A DNA stretch of 64,000 nt from contig CAVVPN010000012.1 of NCBI GenBank assembly GCA_963750165.1, forward strand, positions 448,001 through 512,000, in the 5' to 3' direction. Positions 43,041 to 53,609 of the stretch are shown one piece after another. This DNA is from an uncultured Gemmataceae bacterium (lineage in GTDB: Bacteria > Planctomycetota > Planctomycetia > Gemmatales > Gemmataceae). The notes under the pieces were generated by a model. That model saw only the letters and a program-made list of their open reading frames with translations, was not told where the DNA came from and did not search any database. Position 1 is the stretch's first letter; each line of letters begins with the position of its first letter. The position numbers and the translations under genes were made by a program.

Positions 43041-43444
43041 TTGAACACCCCCTTTCGCCAGTCGTAGACGTAAGCCACCGCCAGCAGGGCCAGGAAAATC
43101 AGCGCGCCCCAAAAGCGGTACGGTTTGAACGCCAGGAACGCCTCGCGTTCCGCCTCCGGCACGGTGCCGTAACTGATCACCGCCCAGGGGTACAGGAACA
43201 GCAATTCCACGTCGAAAACCAGGAACATGATGGCGATCAGGTAAAATTTCACGTCGAAGCGCTGCCGGGCGTCGCCGACCGGGTCCATGCCCGATTCGTA
43301 GGGCATCTGCTTGACGGGAGTGCGGCGGCGCGGGCCGATCGTCTGCGCCATCAGCAGCGCCGTGGCCGCGAAGCCTACGATCACCACCAGGTAGATGAAG
43401 ACCGGGAAGTACAGCGATAGATCGAACGCTTGTTGTGGCGGCAC
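43031..43444 (-). CDS. nuoA: NADH-quinone oxidoreductase subunit A
   Basis: [31 protein letters not shown]; start uncertain. Confidence 0.93.
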   Translation of the reverse strand: MPPQQAFDLSLYFPVFIYLVVIVGFAATALLMAQTIGPRRRTPVKQMPYESGMDPVGDARQRFDVKFYLIAIMFLVFDVELLFLYPWAVISYGTVPEAEREAFLAFKPYRFWGALIFLALLAVAYVYDWRKGVFKWR

Positions 43445-43624
43445 GTCCAGCCCCCTTACCGGCGAATCCAGCCCGGCCGACTTCGTGACTTTTTTCACGA
43501 ATCCGCTCAAAAAGAAACCCGACCGAGAAGGTCGAGGTTTGTGGTCGCTCGGGTGATCCTACTTTCATCAATACGGGGGTGGGGGGTGTCGGTCAAGGAG
43601 CAGGCTGGGAAGGCAGTTGTTGGT

Positions 43625-43716
43625 TTGGGCGAGCGGCGCGGCGTGAGCCCGCCGGTGATTGGAAGTACCGGCGCCCTTTTCTTATGAGGGGCGACGGCGC
43701 CGCGCCGCTCGCCCAA
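43625..43716. repeat. GGCGAGCGGCGCGGCG hairpin family copy upstream of nuoA
   Basis: TTGGGCGAGCGGCGCGGCG..CGCCGCGCCGCTCGCCCAA. Confidence 0.8.
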
Positions 43717-43721
43717 GGGGC

Positions 43722-45660
43722 TCAGCGGCCCAGCACCGCCGGCGGCACCCGGACGGCGAGCGTGGGCGGCAGCGCCTCCGGCCAGCCCATCGCCTGGGTG
43801 TTCGCGGCGGGTGCTTCCGATGCCTCGGTCAAGAGCACCGTCCCGGACTCCACCTCCAGCAGCTCGGCGTGCAAGATCCAGACGTAGCCGCCGCCCGCCC
43901 GCCACACGAGACGACCGGTGACCTCGAACACGGCATCCACGCCCAGGCGTTTGCCGGTGCGCCGGCCCTCGGACCAGGCCGCTTCCGGTCCCGCCTCGGT
44001 CGGCACCGCCTTGACGCGGGTGATGGCGCCGGGCGGCACCACCGTCAGCCGTCGGTCCCGTGACAGGGCGATCGCCAGGTTGCGGGTCACCCCTTCTGCG
44101 GTCATGTTCAGCGTGGAAATGTACTTGTTTGAATTGCCATCGTCCTGGAGGGGCACGTACGGCAGCACCGCGACGTGGGTCAGCCCCCGCTGGCCGCGCA
44201 GCAGCCGCAGCGGCCAGCGCTCGCTCAACTCCTTGAGGAGCTTTTTCTGTAGCGGCGCGAACTGCGCCGCCGGCCACTCGTAAAACGCCGTCTCACGGAA
44301 GACCTCCGACCACACCAGGTCGCCCGTGTGCGCGTCCACCAGCTCCAGGGTAGTGGCCACCTTGTGGTCCGCGGAAAATTCGACGGCGCCGCGCAGCACC
44401 AGGCGCGCGCCGGGTTGCCGCGCCGTCTTGCCCAGGGCCGCGGCGCCGGGGAGCACCTTCAGGCCCAGCTGCACCGCCAGGTGCCGTTCCAGCAGCTTGT
44501 GTAGACCGGCCGCGTAAGTTCCACCTCCGGACCCCGGCTTGCTCTTTTTCAGCGCGACGGGCAGCGGTTTGGTCTCCAGGGGCAGCACCGCGATGGCCAG
44601 CGCGTCCGTGGGCTTCGGTGCTGGTTTGTCCCCGGGCAGGAGGAAGTGCCGGTCGTGCGGAGGTGGCTTTTCGTCCTTCGGCCCCGGGCTCTCTTTCCGC
44701 GGTTGGGCCTGGCCATCGACTGGCCTGGCGGGTTCGGCGACCGGCGGCCGGGCCAGAGTGTAGGCCACCCCCGCCAGGGCGATCAGGCCAAGCGCCAACC
44801 CCGCCAGTCCTAACCATAGCGGCGCGGGTCGCGCCACCAGCGGATTCGCGACGGGCGCGGGCGGCGGGATTGCTGGGACGGCCTCCGCGGGCGTGGACAC
44901 GGGCGGCGCCGGTTCGTGGGCCAGCGGGATCGGCGCAGGCGCAGGCGTCGGCACAGGCCAAAGGCCGAACTCCACCGCCGCGCGCCGCGACAGCAGCACG
45001 ACCCACGTCAGCACGGCGTACGCCAGCAGCACCAGGCCCGCGGCGAGCACGCCGGCGGAGCGCCCGGCGTTGAACAGACAGGCGACGCCCTCCAGCCCGC
45101 CGAGCGCGGCGAGCACCAGGGCGAGGACACGGCCCCAGCGGCGCCGGGCCAGCACGCCCGCGCCGGCCAGCAGCAGGGGCAGCCCCTGCAACATCGAGCA
45201 GCCCGCCGCGATGGCAACCACGGTGGCGACCATGCCGGCCAGGCCGGAGGCCACGACGTTGGCCCCTTCCCGGACCTGTTTGCCTTCCGCGCCGGCCAGG
45301 CTGGCGGCGTCGTCGCGCGCCTGCAGCAGCCCCGACACCAACTGCGCCCCGGCGATCAGCAGGTAGACTCCCCAGACGACGTACAGGCCGCCCAGCACCA
45401 GCTGGCCGGCGCCGACGGCGGTGACCGGCCAGGCGCGGCGGCGCACCGGACCGCGCGGGACGGGGCGGCGCTATGGGTTCCGGCACGGGTTCTGCCGGCG
45501 GTGCGGCGGCCAGGGCGCCGAGCCGGCCCTTGCGGTGCTCCTTCAGCGCAGCGCTGATGAGGTGCTGGGGGATCTGTTTGCCGCAATGGTCGCACCAGCC
45601 CTCGTCAATATCCTTGTCGGGCAGGGGGACGTTGCAGTTGGGGCATGTGAGCGGGTGCAT
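43722..45660 (-). CDS. Zn-ribbon + TM + two CsgG/TolB-N-like alpha/beta domains; frameshift near 45450
   Basis: CPNC..CDHC N-terminus, TM cluster, repeated [15 protein letters not shown] and [15 protein letters not shown]. Confidence 0.65.
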
Positions 45661-45806
45661 GGACGTGGCTCCGCGGGTGGGACGGTGCCGACGGGCACCC
45701 TTCCCCACCCGGCCACTGTACCACAGCGCCGGCGCATTGCCACAAAGTATCCGGGCAATTGCTACAACAGCCCCGGAATCCGATCCGCCGCTTTCTCGGA
45801 GGGCTT

Positions 45807-46181
45807 ATGCAGAATTCCATGACCACGACGACGTTCACCCTTGAGGGCTACCGCGTCATCAAGAACCTGGGGCTGGTGCGCGGCATCTCGGTGCGCTCGC
45901 GCTCGGTGATCGGCACCTTCGGCGCCTCGCTGCAAACGCTGTTTGGCGGTAACATCTCGCTGTTCCAGTCGCTGTGCGAGAAGACACGCAGCGAGTCGTT
46001 CCGCCTGATGCTGGAGCACGCCGAGGAGATGGGCGCCAACGCCATCGTCGGCGTGCGCTACGACGCCAACGAGATCATGCAGGGCGTCACCGAGGTGCTG
46101 TGCTACGGCACCGCCGTGGTGGTCGAGACGCTGCCGGCGGCACGGCCGACCACGGAAATCGCCGCCCAGCTGCCGCTGTGA
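45807..46181 (+). CDS. YbjQ/UPF0145 family protein
   Basis: [33 protein letters not shown]. Confidence 0.93.
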   Translation: MQNSMTTTTFTLEGYRVIKNLGLVRGISVRSRSVIGTFGASLQTLFGGNISLFQSLCEKTRSESFRLMLEHAEEMGANAIVGVRYDANEIMQGVTEVLCYGTAVVVETLPAARPTTEIAAQLPL

Positions 46182-46190
46182 GGGAACGTT

Positions 46191-46943
46191 ATGTCCGCAT
46201 TGCGTCTGTTGCTGGAGGTCGCCGCCGCGTCGGTCGAGGACGCGCTGACGGCGGCGGCTGGCGGCGCCGACCGCATTGAGTTGAACGCGGCACTGGCGCT
46301 CGGCGGTCTGACGCCATCGCCGGGCACGCTGCTGGAGGTGCGCCAGGCCGTGCGGCTGCCGGTGCTGGTGATGCTGCGGCCGCGGCCCGGCGGCTTCGCG
46401 TACAGCGCTGCCGACCGCCGGGTGCTGCGCCGCGACCTGGACTGGGCGCTGGCAAATGGCGCGGATGGCGTGGTCTTCGGCGTGCTGCACGAGGACGGCA
46501 CGGTGGACGTGGACCGTTGCCGTGAACTGCTGCGGCAGTGCGGCGGCCGGCCGGCGGTGTTTCATCGCGCCTTCGACGTGACGCCGGAGCCGTTCGCGGC
46601 CCTGGAACAACTGATCGACCTGGGCTTCGCGCGGGTGATGACCAGCGGCCAGGAAGAGACGGCGTACCAGGGCGCCGCGCTGATCGCGGCGTTGATCCGT
46701 CGCGCCGCCAACCGCATCGAGGTGCTGCCGGCGGGCGGTGTCAATCGCTTCACGCTGGCCGACGTGGTGGCGCGCACCGGCTGCACACAGGTGCACGCCT
46801 CGCTGCGCGGCGGGCGTGCGGATCGCTCGGTGGCGGCGCGGCCGCAGGTGTCGTTCGGCGGCGCCTGGCGGCCACCGGAGGACCGCTTTGACACGACGGA
46901 CCCGGAACTGGTCGCCGACCTGCGGCGCCGGCTGGATGGTTAA
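46191..46943 (+). CDS. cutC: Copper homeostasis protein CutC
   Basis: GGADRIEL, GGLTPS, MLRPRPGGF, FHRAFD, TSGQ. Confidence 0.93.
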   Translation: MSALRLLLEVAAASVEDALTAAAGGADRIELNAALALGGLTPSPGTLLEVRQAVRLPVLVMLRPRPGGFAYSAADRRVLRRDLDWALANGADGVVFGVLHEDGTVDVDRCRELLRQCGGRPAVFHRAFDVTPEPFAALEQLIDLGFARVMTSGQEETAYQGAALIAALIRRAANRIEVLPAGGVNRFTLADVVARTGCTQVHASLRGGRADRSVAARPQVSFGGAWRPPEDRFDTTDPELVADLRRRLDG

Positions 46944-47079
46944 GCGCTGACCTCCGCTGTCAAGCCCCATTTTTTCTCCCCTCGCTCGACCGCTGCGACC
47001 GCGGTATAATTCCACCATCGGCGGCCCGTTCTCGGGCCGTCGTCTCTTCCCGATCTCCGCGCAGGAGGAATTCCCGATC

Positions 47080-48465
47080 ATGTCGCGCTGGAACTTAGCC
47101 TGGCTGCTCGGCATCACGGCGGCCAACTTCATCGCCCTGGCCGTGCTGCAGAGCGCCCCGTCGCAGGGCCCCCTTCAGAACAAACACGAAAACTACCGCC
47201 TCATGGTCGAGGCCATTGAGGAGGTCGATCAGAAGTACGTCAAGCCGCTCAACAAGGAGCGCATGCGTGAGCTGTTCGAGGACATGCTCAACCTCGGTCT
47301 GGAGCAACTCGACCCGCACTCCGGCTTCATCAATGCCGAGGAATACAAGCACTTCCTGAAGACCAGCAAGGGCAAGTTCGGCGGCGTCGGCATCAAGATC
47401 GGCATCGATCGCGCCCGGCAGATCTTCGTCGAGAGCCCGATTGTCGGCACCCCGGCCTACGAGGCCGGCATCGAGGCCGGCGACCTCATCCTCAAGATCG
47501 ACGGCACCTCGACGGAGAACATGTCGCTCAAGAAGGCCATCGAGCTGATCCAGGGCGAGCCCGGCCAGAAGATCACGCTGAACGTCCTGCACGAGAGCGG
47601 CGAGAAGCCGGTGGACATTACCATCAAGCGCGCCGAAATCCTGATCGACAGCGTGATGGGCGACGCGCGCGTGGCCGACAAGCTGCAGGAATGGGACTTC
47701 ATGCTGGATCGGCAGAGCAAGATCGCCTATGTCCGCATCACGCAGTTTACCGAGACGACCGCGGGCGACCTGGCGAAGGTGGTCGAGCAGTTGCAGAAGG
47801 ACGGCGTCAAGGGCCTGGTGCTGGACCTGCGCACCAACCCGGGCGGTCTGCTGCGCTCGGCGGTGGAGGTCAGTTCGCTGTTTTTGCCGGAGGGCAAACG
47901 CATCGTCAGCACCAAGGGCCGCAACGGTAAGGGCGAGACCTACGAGGCCAAGCGCTTCCCAGGCGCGCCTGCGCCGGTGGTGGACGTGCCGATTGTCATC
48001 CTGCTCAACCGCTACAGCGCCAGTGCCAGTGAGATTGTGGCGGCGGCGCTGCAGGACCACGCGCGGGCGGTCATCGTCGGTGAGCGCAGTTACGGCAAGG
48101 GCAGTGTGCAGAACATCATCCCGCTGGAGGGCGGCACGACGGCCCTGAAGCTGACGACGGCCAGCTACTGGCGGCCGAGCGAGAAGAACATCCACAAGTT
48201 CCGCGACAGCAAGGAAGAGGACGAGTGGGGCGTCAAGCCGAACCCCGGCTTCGAGGTCAAGTTGACGGACACGGAGCGAGCGGGTTACTACCGCTACCGG
48301 CGCGAACGCGACGTGATCCGTAAACCCGGCGTGACGCCGGAGACGGACCAGCGCTGGCTGCTGGTGCCGTGGAACATCGAGGTGCTGCGACCGGCGCCGT
48401 ACAAGGATCGGGTGCTGGAGCGGGCGCTGGAGTATCTGCGCGGCGAGGTCCGCAAGGACGGATAA
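47080..48465 (+). CDS. ctpA: S41 carboxyl-terminal processing protease
   Basis: PDZ domain, LDLRTNPGGLL, SASASEI, GKGSVQ. Confidence 0.93.
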   Translation: MSRWNLAWLLGITAANFIALAVLQSAPSQGPLQNKHENYRLMVEAIEEVDQKYVKPLNKERMRELFEDMLNLGLEQLDPHSGFINAEEYKHFLKTSKGKFGGVGIKIGIDRARQIFVESPIVGTPAYEAGIEAGDLILKIDGTSTENMSLKKAIELIQGEPGQKITLNVLHESGEKPVDITIKRAEILIDSVMGDARVADKLQEWDFMLDRQSKIAYVRITQFTETTAGDLAKVVEQLQKDGVKGLVLDLRTNPGGLLRSAVEVSSLFLPEGKRIVSTKGRNGKGETYEAKRFPGAPAPVVDVPIVILLNRYSASASEIVAAALQDHARAVIVGERSYGKGSVQNIIPLEGGTTALKLTTASYWRPSEKNIHKFRDSKEEDEWGVKPNPGFEVKLTDTERAGYYRYRRERDVIRKPGVTPETDQRWLLVPWNIEVLRPAPYKDRVLERALEYLRGEVRKDG

Positions 48466-48473
48466 GACCGGGA

Positions 48474-48580
48474 ACGCGATCCACAGATAACACAGAGAAA
48501 CGCAGATAAAGACAATTATATTTGTATTCTTTGTCTTTATCTGCGTTCCTCTGTGTCATCTGTGGATCGCGTCTTTTTTT
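48474..48580. repeat. CACAGA 9-mer hairpin followed by a T-run (possible terminator)
   Basis: ACGCGATCCACAGAT..ATCTGTGGATCGCGT then TTTTTTT. Confidence 0.8.
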
Positions 48581-48586
48581 AGGGCC

Positions 48587-48665
48587 TGTGTGAAAAGTAG
48601 GTGCCGCGAGCCGAGCGGCACCCGCTGCGGGTCCGGCTCGGCTCGCCGGACCTACTTTTCGCACA
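48587..48665. repeat. GTAG-type REP inverted doublet
   Basis: GAAAAGTAGGT..ACCTACTTTTC flanking two internal palindromes. Confidence 0.7.
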
Positions 48666-48670
48666 GCCAC

Positions 48671-49981
48671 TTAGCCTGCCAGCGGGTCGCGCTCCACCAG
48701 GTACTGGAAGCGTGTGCGGAACTGCTCCGGCGTCATGCCCGAAGCCTCCGCGATCAGCGCCAGCCGCGCCGACTCCTCGAAGTCGCGCCGCTCCAGACGG
48801 ATCATGTAGCGCCGGGCGCACTCGTAGCCCTCACCCTCCACGTCCACCTTGCGCGTCTTCATCCGCTTGGTCTCGGGGTTGAGCATATCGTCGAACGGCA
48901 ACGGCAACATGCGGCCCTCGGTGAAACTGATGATCGCCCCGAAGTGCGCCGCCCGCTCCGAACGCAGAAACTTGACCGCTCCATAGCCCAGGTCGCGCGT
49001 GTACTCCGCGTCGAACGGGATTGGGTCGGCGCAACGCAGCTCGTAGCCCAGATCCTTGTCGATGAACGTGGTCTTCTGCGGGTGGTTCTCCAGCTGCTTG
49101 GTCAGCTTGTCCTTGACCATGCGACCAAAGTCGATCTCGCCCAGGCGCAGGTGGCCGTGCGGGTCGCGCACCACCGTGCCGTAGCGGCCCTGCGCCTCCT
49201 CGACCACCTTCGCCAGCGCCTCCTGACCGATGGATTCGATCAGCCCCTCCGCCAGCACCACCACGCCGTAGTGCGAGCCGCGCGCCGCGCGCTTGGCGAT
49301 CGAGCCGTGGATCAGGTCGCAGATTTCGTCGAGGGTCACACGCCGGCCGCGGAACTCCTCCGGGATGATCGTCAGCGTCGCCGCCGCCGCCTTGCCGATG
49401 CCCAGCGCCAAATGCCCCGCCGCCCGGCCCATGCTCACGATCACGTACCAGCGCGAGGTCGTCCGCGCGTCCTCGGCCAGGTTGCGAACGATGAGCACGC
49501 CCAGCTGCCGGGCCGTCTCGAAGCCGAACGTCGGCGTCGAACCGGGCAGGGGCAGATCGTTGTCGATGGTCTTGGGCACGTGCGCGACACTGATGCGGCC
49601 CAGCGCACTCTTGCAGACCTGACTGGCCGAGTAGGCGGTGTCGTCGCCACCGATGGTCACCAGGGCGTCGATCTCCAGCCGGCGGAACGCCTCCAGCACC
49701 CGGTCCATGTCGCCGGGGTTCCTGGTCGGGTTGGTCCGCGAGGTGCCCAGCATGGAGCCGCCGCGCAGATGGAAGCCCTTGACGTCGTCGATGGTTAGCT
49801 TGCGGATGTGGTCCGTCGAGCCCTTGACCAGGTGTTTGAAGCCGTCGCGGGCGCCGTAGACTTCGATGCCGTGGTTGATCGCCTCAATGGTCACGGCGCT
49901 GATGACGCCGTTGATGCCCGGTGCGGGCCCGCCGCCAACCAGCAACGCCAGTCGGCTGATCCGCTCTGCACTGCTCATCAA
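48671..49981 (-). CDS. pfp: Pyrophosphate-dependent phosphofructokinase
   Basis: GGGPAPGIN, IGGDDT, PKTIDNDL, MGRAAG; GGDD plus PKTIDND indicate the PPi type. Confidence 0.9.
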   Translation of the reverse strand: MMSSAERISRLALLVGGGPAPGINGVISAVTIEAINHGIEVYGARDGFKHLVKGSTDHIRKLTIDDVKGFHLRGGSMLGTSRTNPTRNPGDMDRVLEAFRRLEIDALVTIGGDDTAYSASQVCKSALGRISVAHVPKTIDNDLPLPGSTPTFGFETARQLGVLIVRNLAEDARTTSRWYVIVSMGRAAGHLALGIGKAAAATLTIIPEEFRGRRVTLDEICDLIHGSIAKRAARGSHYGVVVLAEGLIESIGQEALAKVVEEAQGRYGTVVRDPHGHLRLGEIDFGRMVKDKLTKQLENHPQKTTFIDKDLGYELRCADPIPFDAEYTRDLGYGAVKFLRSERAAHFGAIISFTEGRMLPLPFDDMLNPETKRMKTRKVDVEGEGYECARRYMIRLERRDFEESARLALIAEASGMTPEQFRTRFQYLVERDPLAG

Positions 49982-50167
49982 ACTCCCTCCGCTAAGGTGC
50001 TGTCACCCCGAGCGCCCTGAGTTGAGCCCGGTGGTCCCCTCTCTGTTAGTTTGGCCAGGGGCGCAAAAAATGGCAATGGCACCCGCCGCCGCGCGAAGTC
50101 GGGCAAGGTGGACGGCCGGCGCCGGGCCCGGGGCGGGCGCCGCGGCGGAAAGTTGGGGCGTCACCTC

Positions 50168-50196
50168 TTGCGAGCGGGCTGCCGGGCGAAGATAAT
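50168..50196 (+). promoter_or_regulatory. Sigma70-like promoter for the tRNA
   Basis: TTGCGA-N17-GATAAT. Confidence 0.5.
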
Positions 50197-50240
50197 GTAC
50201 GTTAAGATGTTGGGCGTTCCCGGCGGTGGCCGTGCGCCCT

Positions 50241-50325
50241 GGAGGGGTGGCAGAGTGGCCGATTGCACTGGTCTTGAAAACCAGCAACGGGAAACCGTTC
50301 GAGGGTTCAAATCCCTCCCCCTCCG
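50241..50325 (+). tRNA. tRNA-Ser (anticodon UGA)
   Basis: GGAGGGG/CCCCTCC acceptor stem, CTGGT-CTTGAAA-ACCAG anticodon arm, long variable arm, GGTTCAAATCC; CCA not encoded. Confidence 0.95.
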
Positions 50326-50462
50326 CTCTCGGCACGCCTTCGAGCGGCCTCGTGCGCCTTTGGCACCAACGGCCGGGACTCTCCTGCGCCTGGACGGCAG
50401 CCGGTTTGTGGGGGTGCGCCGCGGCCCGTGCCGGTTCACTACTTCTCGGGAGCCTGAAACCC

Positions 50463-51086
50463 ATGGCGGACGCGCAAGCCACTGTGTTCCTTGTTGATGA
50501 CGATGCCAACATTCGCAACGCCATCACCGTCCTGATCCAGTCGGTCGGCCTGCCGCTGATCGCCTACAGCACGGCCACGGAGTTCCTGGAGAAGTACGAC
50601 GGCCGGCCCGGTTGCCTGGTCCTGGACGTGCGTATGCCGGGCATGAGCGGCCTGGAACTGCAACAACGCCTGAACGAACAGGGCCGGCCGCTGTCGGTCA
50701 TCATGATGACCGGCCACGCCGACGTGCCCATGACCGTTCGCGCGGTCAAGGCCGGCGCCATTGACTTTCTGGAGAAGCCCTTCAACGATCAGGTGCTGCT
50801 GGAGCGCGTCCACCAGGCGCTGGAGCAGAACGTCCAGGCCCGGCAGCGGCAGGTGGAGCGCGACGTGGTGCTGACGCGGATGGCGAAACTGACGCCGCGC
50901 GAACGCCAGGTGCTCGACCTGGTGGTGCGCGGCTCGACCAACAAGGCCATCGCCACGCAGTTAAAGATCAGCCGCAAGACGCTGGACATCCACCGCGCCA
51001 AGGTCATGCAGAAAATGGAGGCCGAGAGCATCGCCCAGCTGGTCAACATGGCGCTGCTGGAGCACCCGGCCGGCAACCCGGTCTAA
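50463..51086 (+). CDS. FixJ-family response regulator (REC + LuxR HTH)
   Basis: LVDDD, LDVRMPGMSGLEL, DFLEKPF, LTPRERQVL, HRAKVMQKM. Confidence 0.92.
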   Translation: MADAQATVFLVDDDANIRNAITVLIQSVGLPLIAYSTATEFLEKYDGRPGCLVLDVRMPGMSGLELQQRLNEQGRPLSVIMMTGHADVPMTVRAVKAGAIDFLEKPFNDQVLLERVHQALEQNVQARQRQVERDVVLTRMAKLTPRERQVLDLVVRGSTNKAIATQLKISRKTLDIHRAKVMQKMEAESIAQLVNMALLEHPAGNPV

Positions 51087-51323
51087 TCCGGCGGACAAGG
51101 TTGGTTATGCTCGGACCAGCGCTCGCGTCTGTACGTCCGGACATCAGTAAAACTTTCTACACTTGCCGGCGCTGCTTGCGCTCCATAGATAAGGAGAAAT
51201 GCAAGGGTGTGACAGCACCCCGCCGAAAACCGTCTTCACCAGTCTGGTGCCAGGTTGCCGGCGGTGCGGACCTGGTGGTTACTCGCAACCGAACCAAGGA
51301 TCGCGGCGCAGCCCGACGTGCTC

Positions 51324-51698
51324 ATGTGTACCCCTCCGTCCTCGCTATACGAGCAGCTCGGCGGCCTGGCTGTGCTGTCATTTATCATCGAGCGCTTTTA
51401 CGACCGTGCCTTGGCGGACGAGCAGGTCAAGAGCCTCCTCGCCGGCCTGGACGTGGCCGCCCTCAAACGTAAACAGCTCGCCTTCCTGAGCCGAGCGCCG
51501 GGCGCTCCCCCGGTCGATGCCCCCCTCGAGTTCGCGACTTCAACGGTCAGTCTGACGGCCCGACAGGTGAACCGGTTGCTGGAGCACTTCCTCGCCGCCC
51601 TGGTTGCCGCCGCGGTGCCCCGGATTTTGATGGAACAGGCCGCCGACGCCTTCGTCCACCTGGCCCCCAGTTTCGTCTCCCTTGACACCCCCGCCTGA
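51324..51698 (+). CDS. Degenerate group I truncated hemoglobin-like protein
   Basis: SLYEQLGG, FYDRALAD, KQLAFLS; no His at the F8 position. Confidence 0.75.
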   Translation: MCTPPSSLYEQLGGLAVLSFIIERFYDRALADEQVKSLLAGLDVAALKRKQLAFLSRAPGAPPVDAPLEFATSTVSLTARQVNRLLEHFLAALVAAAVPRILMEQAADAFVHLAPSFVSLDTPA

Positions 51699-51718
51699 CG
51701 CGGCCGCACGGCGTCCGC

Positions 51719-52354
51719 TTATGGCGCCAGGCGTTCGACCACCCAGATTCCCTGCGGAGCGCGCCGGTAACACAGGCGGTCGTGCAGCCGGTTGAGCCGG
51801 CCCTGCCAGAACTCGACGCGCTCGGGCCGGACACGGTAGCCGCCCCAGAACGGCGGCCGCGGCACCGGCTGGTCCGCGAAGCGTTCGGTGACCTCGCGCA
51901 CCGAACGCTCCAGGGCGGCGCGATCCGCCAGCACCTGGCTCTGCGGCGACGCCCACGCCCCCAGGCAGTTGCCGCGCGGCCGGGCCGCGAAGTACGCATC
52001 CGACTCCGCCGCCGCCACCCGCTCCACGTCCCCCTCGACGCGCACCTGCCGTTCCAGCGCTTCCCAGAAGAAAACCAGGGCGGCGCGTGGGTTGTCCGCC
52101 AGTTCGCGGCCCTTGTGGCTGTCGTAGTTGGTGTAGAAGACGAAGCCGCGCTCGTCGTAGTCGCGCAGGTAGACGATGCGCGCCGACGGCCGGCCGTCAG
52201 CGCTGGCGGTGGCGAGGGTCATGGCCTCGGCGTGCGGCAGGGCGGCGGCCAGCGCCTGGTCGAACCAGCGACGGAACTGCGTGATCGGGTCCGCGGCGAC
52301 CTGCGCCTCGTGCAGTTCGCCGCGGGTGAATTGCTCGCGGTCGGGCAGAGACAT
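51719..52354 (-). CDS. pdxH: Pyridoxamine 5'-phosphate oxidase
   Basis: [30 protein letters not shown]. Confidence 0.97.
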   Translation of the reverse strand: MSLPDREQFTRGELHEAQVAADPITQFRRWFDQALAAALPHAEAMTLATASADGRPSARIVYLRDYDERGFVFYTNYDSHKGRELADNPRAALVFFWEALERQVRVEGDVERVAAAESDAYFAARPRGNCLGAWASPQSQVLADRAALERSVREVTERFADQPVPRPPFWGGYRVRPERVEFWQGRLNRLHDRLCYRRAPQGIWVVERLAP

Positions 52355-52370
52355 GGAAAGCCTTTCATCT

Positions 52371-52418
52371 TCCTCCCCTCTCCCCCTGCCAGGGGGAGAG
52401 GGGTCGGGGGTGAGGGGG
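52371..52418. repeat. CCCCTCTCCCC..GGGGAGAGGGG..GGGGGTGAGGGG palindromic element
   Basis: Same family as 3062-3100 and 33803-33833. Confidence 0.75.
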
Positions 52419-52425
52419 TTTCACT

Positions 52426-53445
52426 TCATGCGCCGTAGGTCGGCTGCGCGTCCAGGTCGGGAGGCGCGAACTGACCGCGGCGCCACTTCTCGACCGCGAT
52501 GGCCGCCATCGCCGCGTTGTCGGTACACAGCGCCAGCGGCGGGATGAACAGTTCCGCGCCCGCGTCGGCACACATCCGCTCCAGGGCGAACCGCAGGGCC
52601 TGGTTGGCCGCCACGCCGCCGCCGACCGCCAGACGCCGATGGCCGGTGTGCCGCAGCGCCTGCCGGCATTTCTCCGCGAGCACCTCGACGACGGCGCGCT
52701 GAAAGCTGGCGGCAACATTGGCGCGGAGCGGGCCGGGCGGCGGCGGCGCGCCGCGAGCGACGCTCTGGCCGTGGACGGTGTACAGCACGGCCGTCTTGAG
52801 GCCGCTGAAGCTGAACTCCAGGCGGTCCTCATGGAAGAAGGAGCGCGGGAAGCGGTACGCGGTCGGGTCGCCGAGGGCCGCCTCGCGCTCGACGGCGGGG
52901 CCGCCGGGAAAGCCCAGGCCGAGGATGGCCGCCACCTTGTCGAACGCCTCGCCGGCGGCGTCGTCGAGGGTGCCGCCCAGCAGCGTCAGGTGCAGCGCGT
53001 CGGCGCAGTCGAACAGGACCGTGTGGCCGCCGCTGACGACCAGGCCGACGCACGGGAAGATGTCGCGGCCGGCGGCGAGGCGGGCGGCGTAGACGTGGGC
53101 CTCAATGTGGTTGGCGCTGATAAGCGGTACTTCCAGGGCCAGCGCGAGCATCTTGGCCGCGCTGACACCGACCAGCAGCGCCCCGACCAGGCCGGGCGTG
53201 TTGAGCACGGCGACGCAGCTGATTTGCGGCAGTGTGACGTTGGCCTGGCGCAGGGCCTGGTCGATCACCGGCAGCAGGCGCTGCAGGTGCGCGCGGGCCG
53301 CGACCTCCGGCACGACGCCGCCGTAGAGCGCGTGCAGGTTGGTCTGCGATGCGACGACGCTGGCGAGCACGGCCGGCGCGTCGGTGAAGACGGCGGCGGC
53401 GGTTTCGTCGCAGGAAGTTTCGATGGCGAGGAAGAGGGTGGCCAT
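52426..53445 (-). CDS. tsaD: tRNA t6A synthase subunit TsaD
   Basis: IETSCDETA, HIEAH, VSGGHT, DDAAGEAFDK, SFSGLKT, CTDNAAM. Confidence 0.97.
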   Translation of the reverse strand: MATLFLAIETSCDETAAAVFTDAPAVLASVVASQTNLHALYGGVVPEVAARAHLQRLLPVIDQALRQANVTLPQISCVAVLNTPGLVGALLVGVSAAKMLALALEVPLISANHIEAHVYAARLAAGRDIFPCVGLVVSGGHTVLFDCADALHLTLLGGTLDDAAGEAFDKVAAILGLGFPGGPAVEREAALGDPTAYRFPRSFFHEDRLEFSFSGLKTAVLYTVHGQSVARGAPPPPGPLRANVAASFQRAVVEVLAEKCRQALRHTGHRRLAVGGGVAANQALRFALERMCADAGAELFIPPLALCTDNAAMAAIAVEKWRRGQFAPPDLDAQPTYGA

Positions 53446-53609
53446 GACCAGTGCGCGTGAGCATTCCCCTTGTTGAGCGGTCCTGGGATTAGCTTATTCG
53501 TTTTGACACCCCTTTGGACAGCGGCCGGTCGATTCACCGGCACGTAAAACAATCGGCAAGCCCAAAGGAGGGCGGTCGTCAAGCGCTCCGGCAACCGAGG
53601 GCAACGCAG

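Noticed and set aside
45807..46943. YbjQ + CutC as a novel metal-resistance system
   Set aside because: Both are common genes, and there is no transporter or metal regulator nearby.
50241..51700. Genomic island integrated at tRNA-Ser
   Set aside because: No integrase and no duplicated tRNA 3' end was seen.
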